The notes beneath the pieces were generated by a model. It saw only the letters and a program-made list of their open reading frames with translations, was not told where the DNA came from and did not search any database. A program made the position numbers and the translations under genes. A DNA stretch of 64,000 nt from Klebsormidium nitens. Lineage: Eukaryota > Plantae > Klebsormidiophyceae. This document shows positions 25,374 through 38,007 of the stretch, piece by piece. The stretch lies in assembly GCA_000708835.1 (NCBI GenBank), contig DF237461.1, positions 2,033 through 66,032 of the forward strand, read 5' to 3'. The number at the start of each line of letters is the position of its first letter. The first letter of the stretch is position 1.

Positions 25374-28264
25374 TCAGGTGCCTGGGCCTCCCAATCCTGG
25401 CAGACCACCACCTGGTGGCATGCCTAGGCTGGCGGCTAGGTCCTTCATACGCTCCTTCATTGCCTGTATCATTGGCAAACACTGGTGTCAACGACTCACA
25501 GGAGGCGACCATTCATGAGTCCAGCCGGTCGACCTAGAAAACGTCTACACGTGCTTATGCATTTGCGAAGAGCAGACTGAAGAGCTTGATTAAATATATT
25601 TCCCATGTTAGGGCTTTAACATGTTGATGCCTACCCACGCAGTAGTAAAGAGTGTCTTGGAATAACGCCATAACCAATATGCAAACTGTTTGCACATGCG
25701 GACCTCTTGAAGATTCTCGGTGATTCTTACCATAGGAACCATCCTAAGGGACAAGAGGCGTCACTCCAACATTGTTGCACCTTTGCTCAACCTGGTTCCT
25801 CGTTATGGTTACCAAACAGTCCAGAAACCAGCTCGAACCTCAATGATGATAAGTCAAAACAATCAGTAGAGAGACACAAATATCTCAGAGTGAGCGCAAA
25901 CTCGACACAACTCCAGCATTTACTACCCAGCCATGGAGGAAGAATTGAGCGGAACATCCAATACCGGCCGTTTGTATTTAGGCGAGAGTACATCTGCGGA
26001 TGTGCCGGTTCGCTGGCAATGAACGTACCTGCACGCTCTTTGTGTGAGCGTCAATGTAAGCTTCCGTTACGAGTTCCGCTACCCGGTCAGCCCCCAGCTC
26101 CATGGCCGCTTCCGTAATCTCCGTTCGCCGGGGCTCTTGGTTGCCCGTCATGACGGCCTGTGCAAGCATACGGATGAACAACTCGCTTCCTTTCTTGTTT
26201 TTAACTTGGAGCAGAGATGGAAAAACATCAAATCTATTTTAGGCAATGATCTGCAGAATCCTTATTTCGGTTGTCATGGCAAGGACACCAAACGGCCCAA
26301 CATGTAAAGTACTGACGGGCCTATTATCACCGTCGCCGCAGAGCGTGTTGTTGATTTGTCGAATCTACCACGTTGGCATATACCCAGAGGATGATATCAA
26401 ATTGAAAAGAAGCAACGATTCGAGAAACAGGGCCTTCGAACCAAAAAAGGGTGACGTTGAGAAGAAAGCAGAAGAAGCTTCCTAAAGAGAATAGCACCGG
26501 ACAAACAATCCGTGTTCTGGCCTCACCTTTACAAGCTCATCTGAAGAATACCCGTCAAATTCGGACCTGTAGAAAAGTGATGTGGACGGAATAAGCTGGC
26601 TTTTCATAAGGAAAGGACAAAGCAAGATTGCCATCACAAGGCTCAAAGATATGAAGAAAGCAGGACAGACTCTTACTATTGACCCAAGCACTCAAGGGAG
26701 GGAATGCTTAGCAGATTATACGTGAGCCATACGTGCTGGACAGGCCGTGAAGAAAGCAGACAGCAGATACATAAGCAATGCGGTAGAGTGGGACCAACAG
26801 GTCAACCTGTCTGGTTTAAGTTTGGCCAAAGGATGAGTTACTCACTGCGCCAATTCTTTCTGCACCTTGACTGCCTCCACCTGCACCACCTGCTGCGCTT
26901 TCCGCACAGTTTCGATCAGGCCCTGCATGTTCCCAAACATACCCGCCTGCAGGACGTCAAACACAATGTAAGAATCCACGACGCTATGTCTGTACTTAAG
27001 GGTATTTTGACCGTCACTCCCATGAATGTCATGCACTGAATCAGGAGGGTTCGAAAGCATCACAATCACTTCAGTTCCAAGGTTTCTTTGACGCCAAAAT
27101 ATGTGTGTGCCACGCTGCAGCGCGCCAATCAGTCAAGATGGGATAGGGTCATATTTATGATCTACTTGATCCCTTTTTTCTAAGCAGAAATGCTGGCGCG
27201 GCACAAGCGAAAGCCTGTCATGTTGCACAGTCCAGTCTACTCAAAAACTTGCTCTGTGATATTCAGAGACAAGGGGCACCATTCCTGCCCTTCAAAATAG
27301 GGCTCGTTGAGAGCAGGGTGCAGCTGCAAGTAGCAGAACAGAGGAACGTATAAGCATTTTTTCGAATATGGATTTACGAACACCCGCAATTATTGCTTCA
27401 TTCTGTTGGTGGCAAAGAGGGGATACCTTCTGCTGGCTTGGCTCCTCGCCCTCGCCCTCCTTCTTTCCGAAGAAACCTGCCCGGACTTGAAAGTGGCGGG
27501 TGGCAGGTCTTTGGCGCAGGCGCTGGGCTCCGAAAGGAACAACCGACACTGGCCTCCCTGAATGACAAAACATCCTGACTTCTTCAATAATGAGTATAAA
27601 ACTAGACTTTTATGAGCAAATCTACAGCGCCATCATACCTGCAATAGAAAGAAAGACAGAACAAATTCCAAGGCGACAGTGTCTCAAAGCATTGATAACT
27701 TTTGCAAATAGACCATGCTCTTCCACACTGCCAAAGGCCCAGCCACGCAAGTGCAATTGCGGGCACCATTTCAGCGTCTGCACAGAAACATAGTGAACAC
27801 ACCTCACACCGCACCATTACCAAAAATGGAGAACAATCATTCCGACTGTTGCTGTGTCCTTCAAAAGAGGCAGCCTGGAAGGCCAGTCTTAGTATTTCAA
27901 CTTTTTCCCTGAAAGATACAAACGGCATTGGCACAGCGAGAAGCAACCTTCAGTGGGTCAATTGCCGAGCGATGAACGACCAAATTGTTAGTTCGTAAAC
28001 GACAGCACACAGCTTCAAGCACAATGCCAATGCAGAATTCCGCCAGCAAGGGGTGCGCATATTTGCCATTTCTCAAATTGCCTTTTCCATACTGGCTGTG
28101 GCTACGTAAATTTTGCATGCATTCGGCACGAACTGGTTGCACGCAAGGCCATGAAACTTGCCTGCGAGCAGCTGCGCCTGACTTCCACCGCCAGCTCGGA
28201 TGCCCTGGTTGCAAAACAACCCAGCCCCAGCCTGCGCACCAACCAAGGAGGCTGTTGCCGCCAT
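25374..28264 (-). CDS. STIC2: Plastid YbaB/EbfC-family protein (STIC2-like), about 197 aa
   Basis: Exons 28264-28162, 27557-27427, 26946-26846, 26566-26527, 26157-26029, 25463-25374. Sequence AGMFGNMQGLIETVRKAQQVVQVEAVKVQKELAQSEFDGY...GNQEPRRTEITEAAMELG...AMKERMKDLAASLGMP is the typical plant YbaB/EbfC protein. The first-exon join needs a GC donor. Confidence 0.88.
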
Positions 28265-28622
28265 GCTTCCCCAAAAAGCTGGAAAGGCAATTCAAAAGGT
28301 CTTCGGTCTCTCCTACTCCGTGCCTGCGCCTCAGGCTGTGGCGTCCTTCCCCTCCAACCTTGTGTGCTCAGACCTTGGTCCTGGTCCCTGGACGACGTGC
28401 AGGCTGCTTTGCTTCAGAGCGGCCCTGCCACCTGGCAGATATTCCTGATTTTGCAACTAGACATTGCGGAAAGAGTTGGAAGATTGTTTGACGGTTTACC
28501 GTATCCTACATCATGCAGTATTGGCAGTGTCCAGACAGTGGCATGTCGGAATCAAGTCGGAATTCATTTGCATGCTTCCTCAGCTGGCAATTACGGCGAA
28601 ATAATTCTCATCGAATCGTTGT

Positions 28623-29037
28623 TTAAGGTAGAAGTATGGCATTCAACCGCCTGCAGAACCCTGGGTCACGTTTGGTGTCATAGAATGGTCCAAACCTAAC
28701 CAAATCGAGTCGAGTTTTTTGCATTGGGTTCGGAACCCCAAGGGGGTCCTATGACCCGGGTCTCGAGGNNNNNNNNNNNNNNNNNNNNNNNNNNNNNNNN
28801 NNNNNNNNNNNNNNNNNNNNNNNNNNNNNNNNNNNNNNNNNNNNNNNNNNNNNNNNNNNNNNNNNNNNNNNNNNNNNNNNNNNNNNNNNNNCCTCGAGAC
28901 CCGGCTCATAGGACCCCCTTGGGGTCCCGAACCCAATGCAAAAAACTCGACTCGATTTGGTTAGGTTTGGACCATTTCGTGACCAGAAACGTGACCTAGG
29001 GTTCTGAAGGCGGTTGAATGCCATACTTCTACCTTAA
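28623..29037. mobile_element. DNA transposon-like element with 142-bp terminal inverted repeats flanked by TTAA on both sides; interior is an assembly gap
   Basis: Left arm 28627-28768 (GGTAGAAGTATGGCATTCAACC...) is the reverse complement of right arm 28892-29033 with about 10 mismatches; TTAA at 28623-28626 and 29034-29037. Confidence 0.75.
28769..28891. other. Assembly gap (123 N)
   Basis: Run of n characters. Confidence 0.99.
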
Positions 29038-30353
29038 GGTTCTGGCATGCCTTCGAGTATCATGATGTGTTGCTTGTTAAATCATATAAGCCCAATGTCA
29101 AGCTCAAGCTCAAGCCCCAGCTCAAGTCCTGTATAGATTCTGCACTCCACCGTTACCTTTTTCCCCTCTGAAACGAAAAGATCCCCTAAGCTACGAAGTA
29201 CGGGGCAGGGGTTTTTTAACGGACGGTGTTCTGCATATCTTATATTGGATGTTCACAGCACGGTCCTCGTGACACGGTCAACTTCGACTCGTCTACGCCG
29301 ACCGGCCATCCTTACAAACCGTTGCCTAGGCTTTGTACAAATCCGTCGTAAAAGTTAGCTACAAACGCCCTCAGTAATGTTGAAGACAAGGCCCGGACAG
29401 CGCTCGAATTGGCAGATCGTCATGGCCTCGTGTTTGTAATTGTGTCGGTAGGCTCAGATTAGTCGTAAGTTGATAGAGAAGCAGACATCTTCAGACACAA
29501 CAATTGTATGCCATGAGAAGCCTATGGCCGCACTGGCTACGGCGTTACGAAAAGAGACCATCATGTATGTGACGCCATTGCCCCTGATTGGCTCACCGAG
29601 TTGCAGAATCGTTCAAGACGCATGCTGATTGGCTGCTTGAATTCCAACTTATGCAATCTTTTCCAAGTTCAACTTCAGTCCAGACTCCAGAGTCCAGAGA
29701 GGTCTGCAAAGCAGTGCAAACAGGTTGTAGCCACCGTACCAGTACCCAAACAAAAGAATCAGGTAGAATCGGCCATGCATGCATGAAACATGTAGCCATT
29801 TGGATTCATACTTTTCAGGTTCATATATGCATCTTCGATACAACCACTCTTGATTGTGGGCTGGTACTGTCAAGTTGGTGCGGTTACTGTTTTCTTGGTT
29901 TTGTCATCAAGCGATTGCAACATGTTCCATACGGCATCCTAAACAAGTGTCAGGTGATCTTTGGCTTTTGGTGCAATAGCAGAGAGCTAATACCGTCATG
30001 TGTTTGTATAGGAGTCATACTTCCAATGCATACTACGTGTATTTGTAGAGTTCATTAAAGTTGCAAAAGTACAAGCGCCACATAACTTGGTGGCAGTCAT
30101 GGGGACATGCAATTTAGTACCAGATATCTCGCGTCATGCAAGGGATGTGATCAATCTACGGGGTGCGAGGGCTTCTTTTCTTGAATCAATTGACGAGTGC
30201 ATAGCGGTGGGCGCTCCCACCGCAATACTTGCGAAAGTAGCAGGAGCTCCGAGGTCCTCCAAAATCTTCCAATTCAAATCTCACAACGACGATCAAGGCT
30301 AGATACAAGCATGTGAAAACCGAAGATTTGAACACACGGTTGTCGAAGAAGCT

Positions 30354-32930
30354 CTACCTTTTGTTAGGCCGTCGAACCACAATCTCGTCGGCAAGCTTCT
30401 TTCCAATGTCCGTCTGAATCCTCCCTGCAAGATCGTGTGAAGAAGAACGAATCACTGTTGGATCTCGTGATCCGCCTTTTGATGAGGCAGGCCCTATTTG
30501 AAAAAGAAAATTCAAATATACCACTGGTTCGATTGATGAGTAGCCCAATCTGGTCTTCAATGACCGCACTTGTAGTGACTGACACATGTTACGAGCAGGG
30601 ACATGGCACAGGAAACCTGGAACGAGTACCTCCGAAAAGACGAATTAGGACACGGTCCGCAGTCAAGAGTGAAGTAGCTAATGGGTCCATTTACGGGTGA
30701 ACGTCAAAATCTTCCATGCTCTTTGCGAATGTGGCCTCAACTAGCTTCATTTTTTACTACTTCTACATCAAATGCAAGATAAAATGAGGAAGAGCACTAA
30801 AAGTCAGGAATTCTGGTCTCACCTGCGGCTACAAAGAAGTCGTCAAGCACTTTCCCTTGAGATGCTTCGTATTCTTGAGCTTGCAGGATCATCTCCAACT
30901 GGAAGGAAGTTGGAAAGGCAGGGCGTAAGAAATATCGGCTTGGAAAGCCGCAAACACAAGGCACGTCATTACGTATGCATAAACCAATATGCAGATTGGT
31001 GGTACGAACCTGGACCTACCTGTGTGGAGGCGGGAACCAAACGGGGTCACATCAGACTTGCCTAACGTGCGCAACGGAGGTCTGAATTGGAAGATACAGA
31101 CTCCGATAATCCACACACTGCAACTGAGGTTTGATGCTCTACAACATTCAACAGGTCAACACGTATGCGAAGTGTCTTTTGTTTGTGAAGAACAATCAGT
31201 GAAGTCGCAGGCTGTGGAGTGTACTTCATTACATCGCTTCTCGAGTCCAACGTGTTTTACTCTTTGCCGCAAGCGTAGTTGAATGTCAACTGTCGATTTC
31301 TTGGCGACAACTACGTCATCAGATCTGAATCAAACGGCGATGGCTGCGTGAAGCTGCTCACCTTGTCGAAGTCCTTGACGAGTTTGGCTTCAAGAGTTGA
31401 CGCCGCATCGTACTCAAGCCACAGATCTCGCATCTCTTGTGCTGCAGTAAACCAGTGTCCGCTGAGGGGTTAACAAGGTAGGGTCTCGGATATTTGAGAA
31501 AATGCACTTTCTACAGTAGCGACGGTGGTTATACTGCTCTTCCCAGTGATCCGCTGGAAAGTGATGATGTACTGACCAATTCAGACAACGTCAGACCCAG
31601 AGCGGACCATACAAAACAACAGTATGACAAAACCAGATTCTTAGCTAGCTAACTCTCATTTCGTCCAACCGCCACTTATATCTACAGAGGCTGCTTTGAT
31701 TCGTCTCAGTATGAAAACCCAGAGTACACTTGAACCAAGAAGCGAGCACAGGCGCTGCAGGGACATCTTTGAGGAATGTGGAATAGGTAGTTGTACCTTG
31801 TGGTGTCTCGCCCAGGAGCAAGCACATGTGTTCCATCGCCGCCGCCTCCCTCCTGTTCTTCTCTTCCTTGCTGATTCCGTCATCTGGTGTGATGTCACCA
31901 ACAAGCGCTGAGAGAAGCAGAGCAAATCGAATCAGTTGCGATGATACCTATGGGTGCTTTTGAAAGAAACTTGTTGAAATTTTCTTTATAATCAGGTCAA
32001 TAGAACAGGAGTTACTTTATCAACCGCTGCTTGATTAGCCTTTCAGCAACACCATGTGCGGAGTTTGTCCTGCTTTCATCAACCTGTGTCAGCTTGTCAG
32101 CATTCTAGTCTATTCAGACTCTTAGATTGACACCGTTCAGATCTTGAAAGGCCAACACGGCGTCATGATACTCAACTACATAGTGTCCATTAAGCTTCTT
32201 AGTATGAGCACATTGATATCTCTTACTCAAGATAGAGCGCAGACCAACCTTCTGCAACATCATGCACAATCGCCATCCGTATGCAGCGGTCCCTGTCAAC
32301 GGCCGCATCTTTGGGGTCAATCATGAATGCCATCATCGCCATACGGTACATGTGGTCCGCAATGGATTCGGGGCCTGCGACCCCATGATTGATCCATCCG
32401 GTGCGTTTGGTAGTCTGCAGCAAACACCATTTAAAAGGTCATCAAGAATTGCTCTGAGAATCCATGCTGCTGGACAGTAGTGTGAGTACATACATCGCTC
32501 TAAGTACATACAAATGCATGAATGCACCACGCACGCTTCCAGATTGAGGGACGGAAAGACAGGATTGTTTGTGAAGCCTTGTGAGTAAAAGTGTCACCCC
32601 GTGGTCCTTTTGTGAAAGGTGGTGTTGTTTCCCTTGAAGTGTACAACTGTCAACACACTTTTATTCCTGTGTGAACCTGCATGTTGTCATGTCTTCAGGA
32701 CTAAGGTTGCATGAACTTGCACCAAATTATGAAGGACCCTTAACCACTTTCTTAGTACCACCAAGGCAACTGAGAGCAGACTGGACAGTTGAGGCTTTCT
32801 TTGTATCTCAAAGAGATCGAGTTCTCACCTTCAAACTCTGAATCAATGTCAGAAAGTTGACCAGACTGCCCACGGATTGACTAGTGCTTGTTGAAGCAGT
32901 TTGGCTCTCATCCATTGGCGAGCTCGCCAT
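30354..32930 (-). CDS. HDDC2: HD-domain 5'-deoxynucleotidase HDDC2-like protein
   Basis: MASSPM...VNFLTLIQSLK|TTKRTGWINHGVAGPESIADHMYRMAMM...CIRMAIVHDVAE|ALVGDITPDDGISKEEKNRRE...|AQEMRDLWLEY...VKDFDK|LEMILQAQEYE...|GRIQTDIGKKLADEIVVRRPNKR*. An alternative in-frame ATG lies at 33149. Confidence 0.9.
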
Positions 32931-33559
32931 TGATTGAATTTTTCGATGAGAAAGCTTCCCAACTTGGACACGCTTCTGAAAAGACTTCCTGACTAGATCC
33001 TCGCAGACTGGTCTACGACTTCTAGAATGTAATTGATTTTTGACCACAGAGCTGTCAAGAAGCGAAGCGCCAAGACGGAGGGGCCCCTGCCACAATGATG
33101 GACTATTTCCGACGTCAATGCTTGCAGCTCTATGGAACCGGGGCCACATGCCAGTGGCAATGCCAATGCGGCCACAATGAACTCTTTTATACCGTCACAA
33201 TGTCAATGGAGTTTGATGAGAAACTCAGAAAGAATGCTGTGCAGCGCTCTTCCTCACCCTTCAAGTTCCAACTTCAACTTCAAGTAGAGATGTCAACAGT
33301 GACGAAATTGTCTTGAAGTTGGACTTGAAGTTGGAGCAACTTGCTAGGGCGGAATTCCAGCTCACACTGCATCAGACTGAACTTTGAACTTGAGAAGTTT
33401 GAAGTGTCAATCAGTTGCCAAAACTCGAGAAGCAACTGACTTTGAAAGGCCGGCTAGTGGAAGTAAACGAAGGGGGATAGGTCTGATAGAAGGAGCCGTC
33501 TTTTCATCTCAAAAAGAGGATCCAGCGCATAGCATTCGTGTGCACTTCAGAAGAGTCGG

Positions 33560-36500
33560 ATGGCGAGTGCCCAATTGATGCCCCGCTCGGAAGCTCTCTC
33601 AGCTTTGCGCATGGTGAGTTGGGATTAATTGCTGTTGATTTCTGGTGCGGCGGCGCCTCAATTGACAAGGATCAGTGTTACTTTTTGTGATGAATGCATG
33701 TCCCCATTGAAAACTCCTTGCAGTCTGGCAGTTGACCGACTATTAATCTGTACTCACTGTAGAATTGAAATGGTGCGTCTCAGAGAAGAGATACACATTG
33801 AAAGCAGAAATTTATCATGCTGTGAATCTGTCACTTTATCTTGCCTTCTACGCTGTGAATACAAGACGCCCCCGCAAAATCCAAATCCTTGTCATTCGCT
33901 TTTCACTGCTTTTTGAGAGTCTGTGAAAGTTGAGTAGAGCCGACCAAACGTTTCCTGCCCCCTTATAAGGGGACTGCCGTGCAGAACTTTGCCTCCATAT
34001 TCATGGAGTACATAAAAGTCTCAGCCATGAAAGTTTAGAAGGTCGCTCAACATGAAAGTATGATCAGACCTTGTTTTCTGCTCTTAAGAGAAAACAAACT
34101 TGGTCCATCACAGACCTCAAAGACCAAGACAATCATGCTGGGAAATCGACCGCATTTCTGTAGTGGAATGTATAGGCAATTGTGTCACCTTGCACCTCGT
34201 GGCCAACTGATTGAGAATGTTTCTGTTGATATCTTTGCAGCCCTGCCAAGCGGCCCAGCTAGACGGCCCCGCCTGTTACTCACAACCCTGCTTCGCCCGA
34301 TTGCCTTGCCTCAATGCATCCTCGAGCTTAAAGAGTCAAGTACGCTTGCTCAAGCGGCGGTGTCACCTCCCTAAGACTGCCCCTGCGTTGAAACAAGCGG
34401 GCGGGACTCGGTGGACATGCAGGGCTGCAGCCAGTGCAGAGACAGCCACAGAAACACCAGCAGTTGCTGAGACTGGTACGCAGTCTACCTCCAGCTGGCT
34501 CAGACACATGATTCCTGGGCCTTCACCATCTTGACAGAACTACTGATCGGTTAGGAGGGACTACAGGATTATCTTTGCTGGAGGAGGAGCCAGCTGAAGA
34601 GGAGCGAACATTGCCTCAGAAATAAAGAGTGGATGCCTGCTTTCATAGGTTGTGGTATGTTGGGGCGCAGCATGGTTTTTGAAGAAAGGACAGCTCCTTT
34701 CAGGCACAAGGGGCTGGCACCACCCAACCCCTGAAACGACCTCGAAATGCTGTTCTGTCACGGAGGAGTGTACATTTGACCTTCTAAACGGCCTGCAAAT
34801 GTCGTTGACTGGCCTGCTCGTGTCTTTGCACCAGCCCAGGTCCCATATGAAACACTCTCCAACAGCCTGACAGGGAAAAATGTTGCGGTTGACACTACAG
34901 TAGTACCATGTGATTCTAACGAGTTTGCTGGATTTTGAATCAAGTCCTAAGTGAATCGCCTGCATGTAGGCATCGACTACATTGGGCTCCACCACGTGGG
35001 TCTCCTCGTCAAGGACACTGACAGGGCCCTCGACTTTTACATGGGGACGCTAGGTGAGACATTCAGTGCATGTAGGCCTTCGTTTAGGGATCGTGTATGT
35101 TATCGAATGGCTGTTACTGGCTCCGCCGTTGTCAAACACCTTGGCCGCTTCTGATGAAACGACAGTCGAGTGGCTCAGAAGGTTGCACAGAACAACAATC
35201 CAGTGATTTTCATTGTTAACCATCCCGTGATTGCTCGACAGGAGAAACAACCTGATCGCAGAAGCACAGAACCCGATTGGGCTGTGGCGCGAACTTGACT
35301 CTGTTGCCTTGCCCCAGTCTCTGATCAGAAGGTTTCCACTTCCATCTGTTTCCCTTACAAACGCTTGAGTGACCCTTCTTCTATCAAAGTCGAGTCTCAC
35401 GTTTGTCATCAGAAAGGAGGCCTCACGAAACGCTGAGAGTTAGATAACCATGTCTGATTGCGCAGACTACTCGTTGAGTGACTGTGGTTCGTACTAAAGC
35501 CAGGACGAAGTCGTTGCACCAAAATGGAATCGTCTCGACGTTCAGAGACAGAAAAGATTGTTGGACTGAGCCAACTATCCATTTTATGTCGGCCTCGTCC
35601 CTCTCGCAGGCCTGCATTTGAACAAGGAGCGCCCTGATGACAAGCTGCCGTACAAGGGCGCGTGGCTTTGGGTGGGGGCCGAGATGATCCACCTCATGGA
35701 GCTGCCAAACCCGGACCCCCTGGAAGGGCGGCCGGAGCACGGCGGCCGCGACCGGTGAGCAGGGGCTCAAATGCAGTGTTCCTGCGTGTTTCTCTGGCTT
35801 CTGGATTCGGCAAGGCCGTTGTTCCGTAATCTCATCTTGCGTCTGCCTTCGGGTGCCTTTCTAAACATTCGAAGGCTTGCTTTCAGTCTTCCTTCGCATC
35901 TTGCTTTTTATCTCGCTTGCACTTTGCTCTTCGACTTCGATGCATTTCAGTTGGTTCTGAAGCCGTTGGGGTTCGGCTCAGAAAAGACATTTTAGCTTTG
36001 ATACGTACATGCGTTGCAGCCTGTTGCAGGTCTGTGGCGTCTCTGGATTCCAGTCAGTTGTTTTTGGCCAAGACGGGGCCATCGTTTCCTTGATGGCCCC
36101 TTCTTGACCTGCACCTCAACTTTCCATACCTGGGTAATCAGCTGACTCACAGACGCCCAACGCTCCCGGCGGAATGTGGAAGCAGACGACTCCAGATTAC
36201 TTGAAGTTCCTCACTCAAAGCATTTTTCGCGCAGGCATACTTGCATCAGCGTTGTGGACCTTGAGCCTGTAAAGAAGGTCCTCGACAATAAGGGTAAGCG
36301 GACTTACATGCCGGCAAAAAATATTGCGCACGTGATGTTGATCAGAGTGTTAATTCTGGCCAGTTAAACATTAGATCAACTACCCCCGAAGTCGTCTCGC
36401 AATGCGGCCCAAGGGAAAGTCTTCCTCATGCATTGTTCCGAAGTAAGAGCCTGCGCTGAAATTGTTTCCTGTTGAAGCCTGTTTTGGATCCTGCCTCGCC

Positions 36501-36674
36501 GATCGGGATAAGCAGCTGACTTTCGCTGATTACTCTCTTCCTTGTCCAGGGATTCGGTACACAATGAGCAAGTCTGGCCGGCCCGCCCTCTTTTGTCGGG
36601 ACCCCGATGAGAATGCGCTCGAAATCAGCCAGTCTGCACCGCAACATGAAGGCAGCAGCGTGAAGCATCTCTGA
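33560..36674 (+). CDS. VOC-superfamily glyoxalase-I-like protein with a transit-peptide-like N-terminus
   Basis: Exons at about 33560-33613, 34241-34476, 34970-35053, 35611-35754, 36234-36293, 36550-36674. Motifs LHHVGLLV...ALDFY, DKLPYKGAWLWVGAEMIHLMELPNPDP, GRPEHGGRDRH, SKSGRPALFCRDPDENALE are typical of the plant lactoylglutathione-lyase-like family. Confidence 0.88.
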
Positions 36675-38007
36675 GTATCAGAAACCGGTCACTCCCCACA
36701 TACGAGTTATCAGAATTCATGCGTGTTTCGAGCTTTTAAGGAAAGCCGAGGCTCTACACTCTCGGCGTTGACCTAGATCATCTGGAACGTGAGCTCGCAG
36801 CGCTTAGCCCCATTTCAAATCCAATCGACAAAATGATGTAAAATAAAGTCTTTGTACAGTTTCAGGCACTCCGTGCCAGAGGCTTTGTTCAGTACGAGCA
36901 TTTTAACGAGCTCGAAGTTATGCACGTTGCAAGATGCTAACTTACATTGAAGACCAGAAGTTGATTATCCGCTCTAAACGCGAACCAAAGGCGTCATGCA
37001 CCTCGCCCTTTGGGTCGGCAATGTTACATGGTCGATTTCCGGTCCGTGCATACGTGCCAGTCATTCAACGGTGCTGGCCAAAGTGCATAAGCTCATGTTG
37101 TATGTCTGCTATCAATTAAGCACGCACAGCTCGTTAGAGCTTGTGACTCATGCGTATAACGAATCAACCAAGAACATGATTACATCATGCATGTGCATGC
37201 TCGCGGCGCTGCAATTTGAAATTTGAATATATTGCGCTTATATATCATGCATGGTTGCCACGGCGCACATGATATTATGCACCATGAAATTTTTTGATTG
37301 CGTGCGGCCCGCACCCTTGAAACCATGCACTGGCTAGTAGTACCGTGATCGATTATCAATTAAGTGGCGCTATTTCAAATCATACATATAAAGATAGCAC
37401 AATGTACGGAGAAACTGCAAGGGACTAATTCGCGATCTAGGGCCGGGGTCAGCAGGTATATAGCTTTGCATGCACGCAGAATTGTCCGTTGCAGCCCCGA
37501 ATGCATGCATGAAACGTCATGCAAGCATATGCACTTGGGGGCCCACGACTGGGCTATAGTATATAGGTGCATAAGTGCTGGTCCGAGTTGGAAGACCTCA
37601 GCGCACATGTTGACGCTACCATAATCGAACAAAATGCATGTATTTCTCAGCATCAAACGGTCAAACAGCTTTTCTCAATTGAAGCGAAGGATCCGGACTC
37701 TGGCTTGCTTACTGCAAGAGCTGTTGAATAAAAGTTTTGCGTCTGAAGGCACCATGCACTCGCAAAATCCTTAAATGGTGGCGGATACTGAACGCAGGTG
37801 CATGCCGGCTACATAGCCGGGCTTGACAGATCGTGAAGTACCGACATTTCGTCCATGTGCCACTTGCTATCAGAAGGACCGACCCTAGCTTAACATAGAT
37901 AAATTGGCCCGCCGACAAATAACCGCCTCAGTATGTACACTCTACCTCAACTTTTGACTTTTCTTGATTCTGTACGTCCTAAAGGGCTCCCCCTCGTTCT
38001 TCCGCGT

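Noticed and set aside
28643-29024. ORFs spanning the N run
   Set aside because: Artefacts of translating through the gap and the inverted repeats.
33259-33336. Imperfect hairpin (CAACTTCAAG / CTTGAAGTTG) in the HDDC2/glyoxalase divergent region as a miRNA or MITE
   Set aside because: Short, low-complexity AACTT/AAGTT repeats with bulges; no extended stem or TSD.
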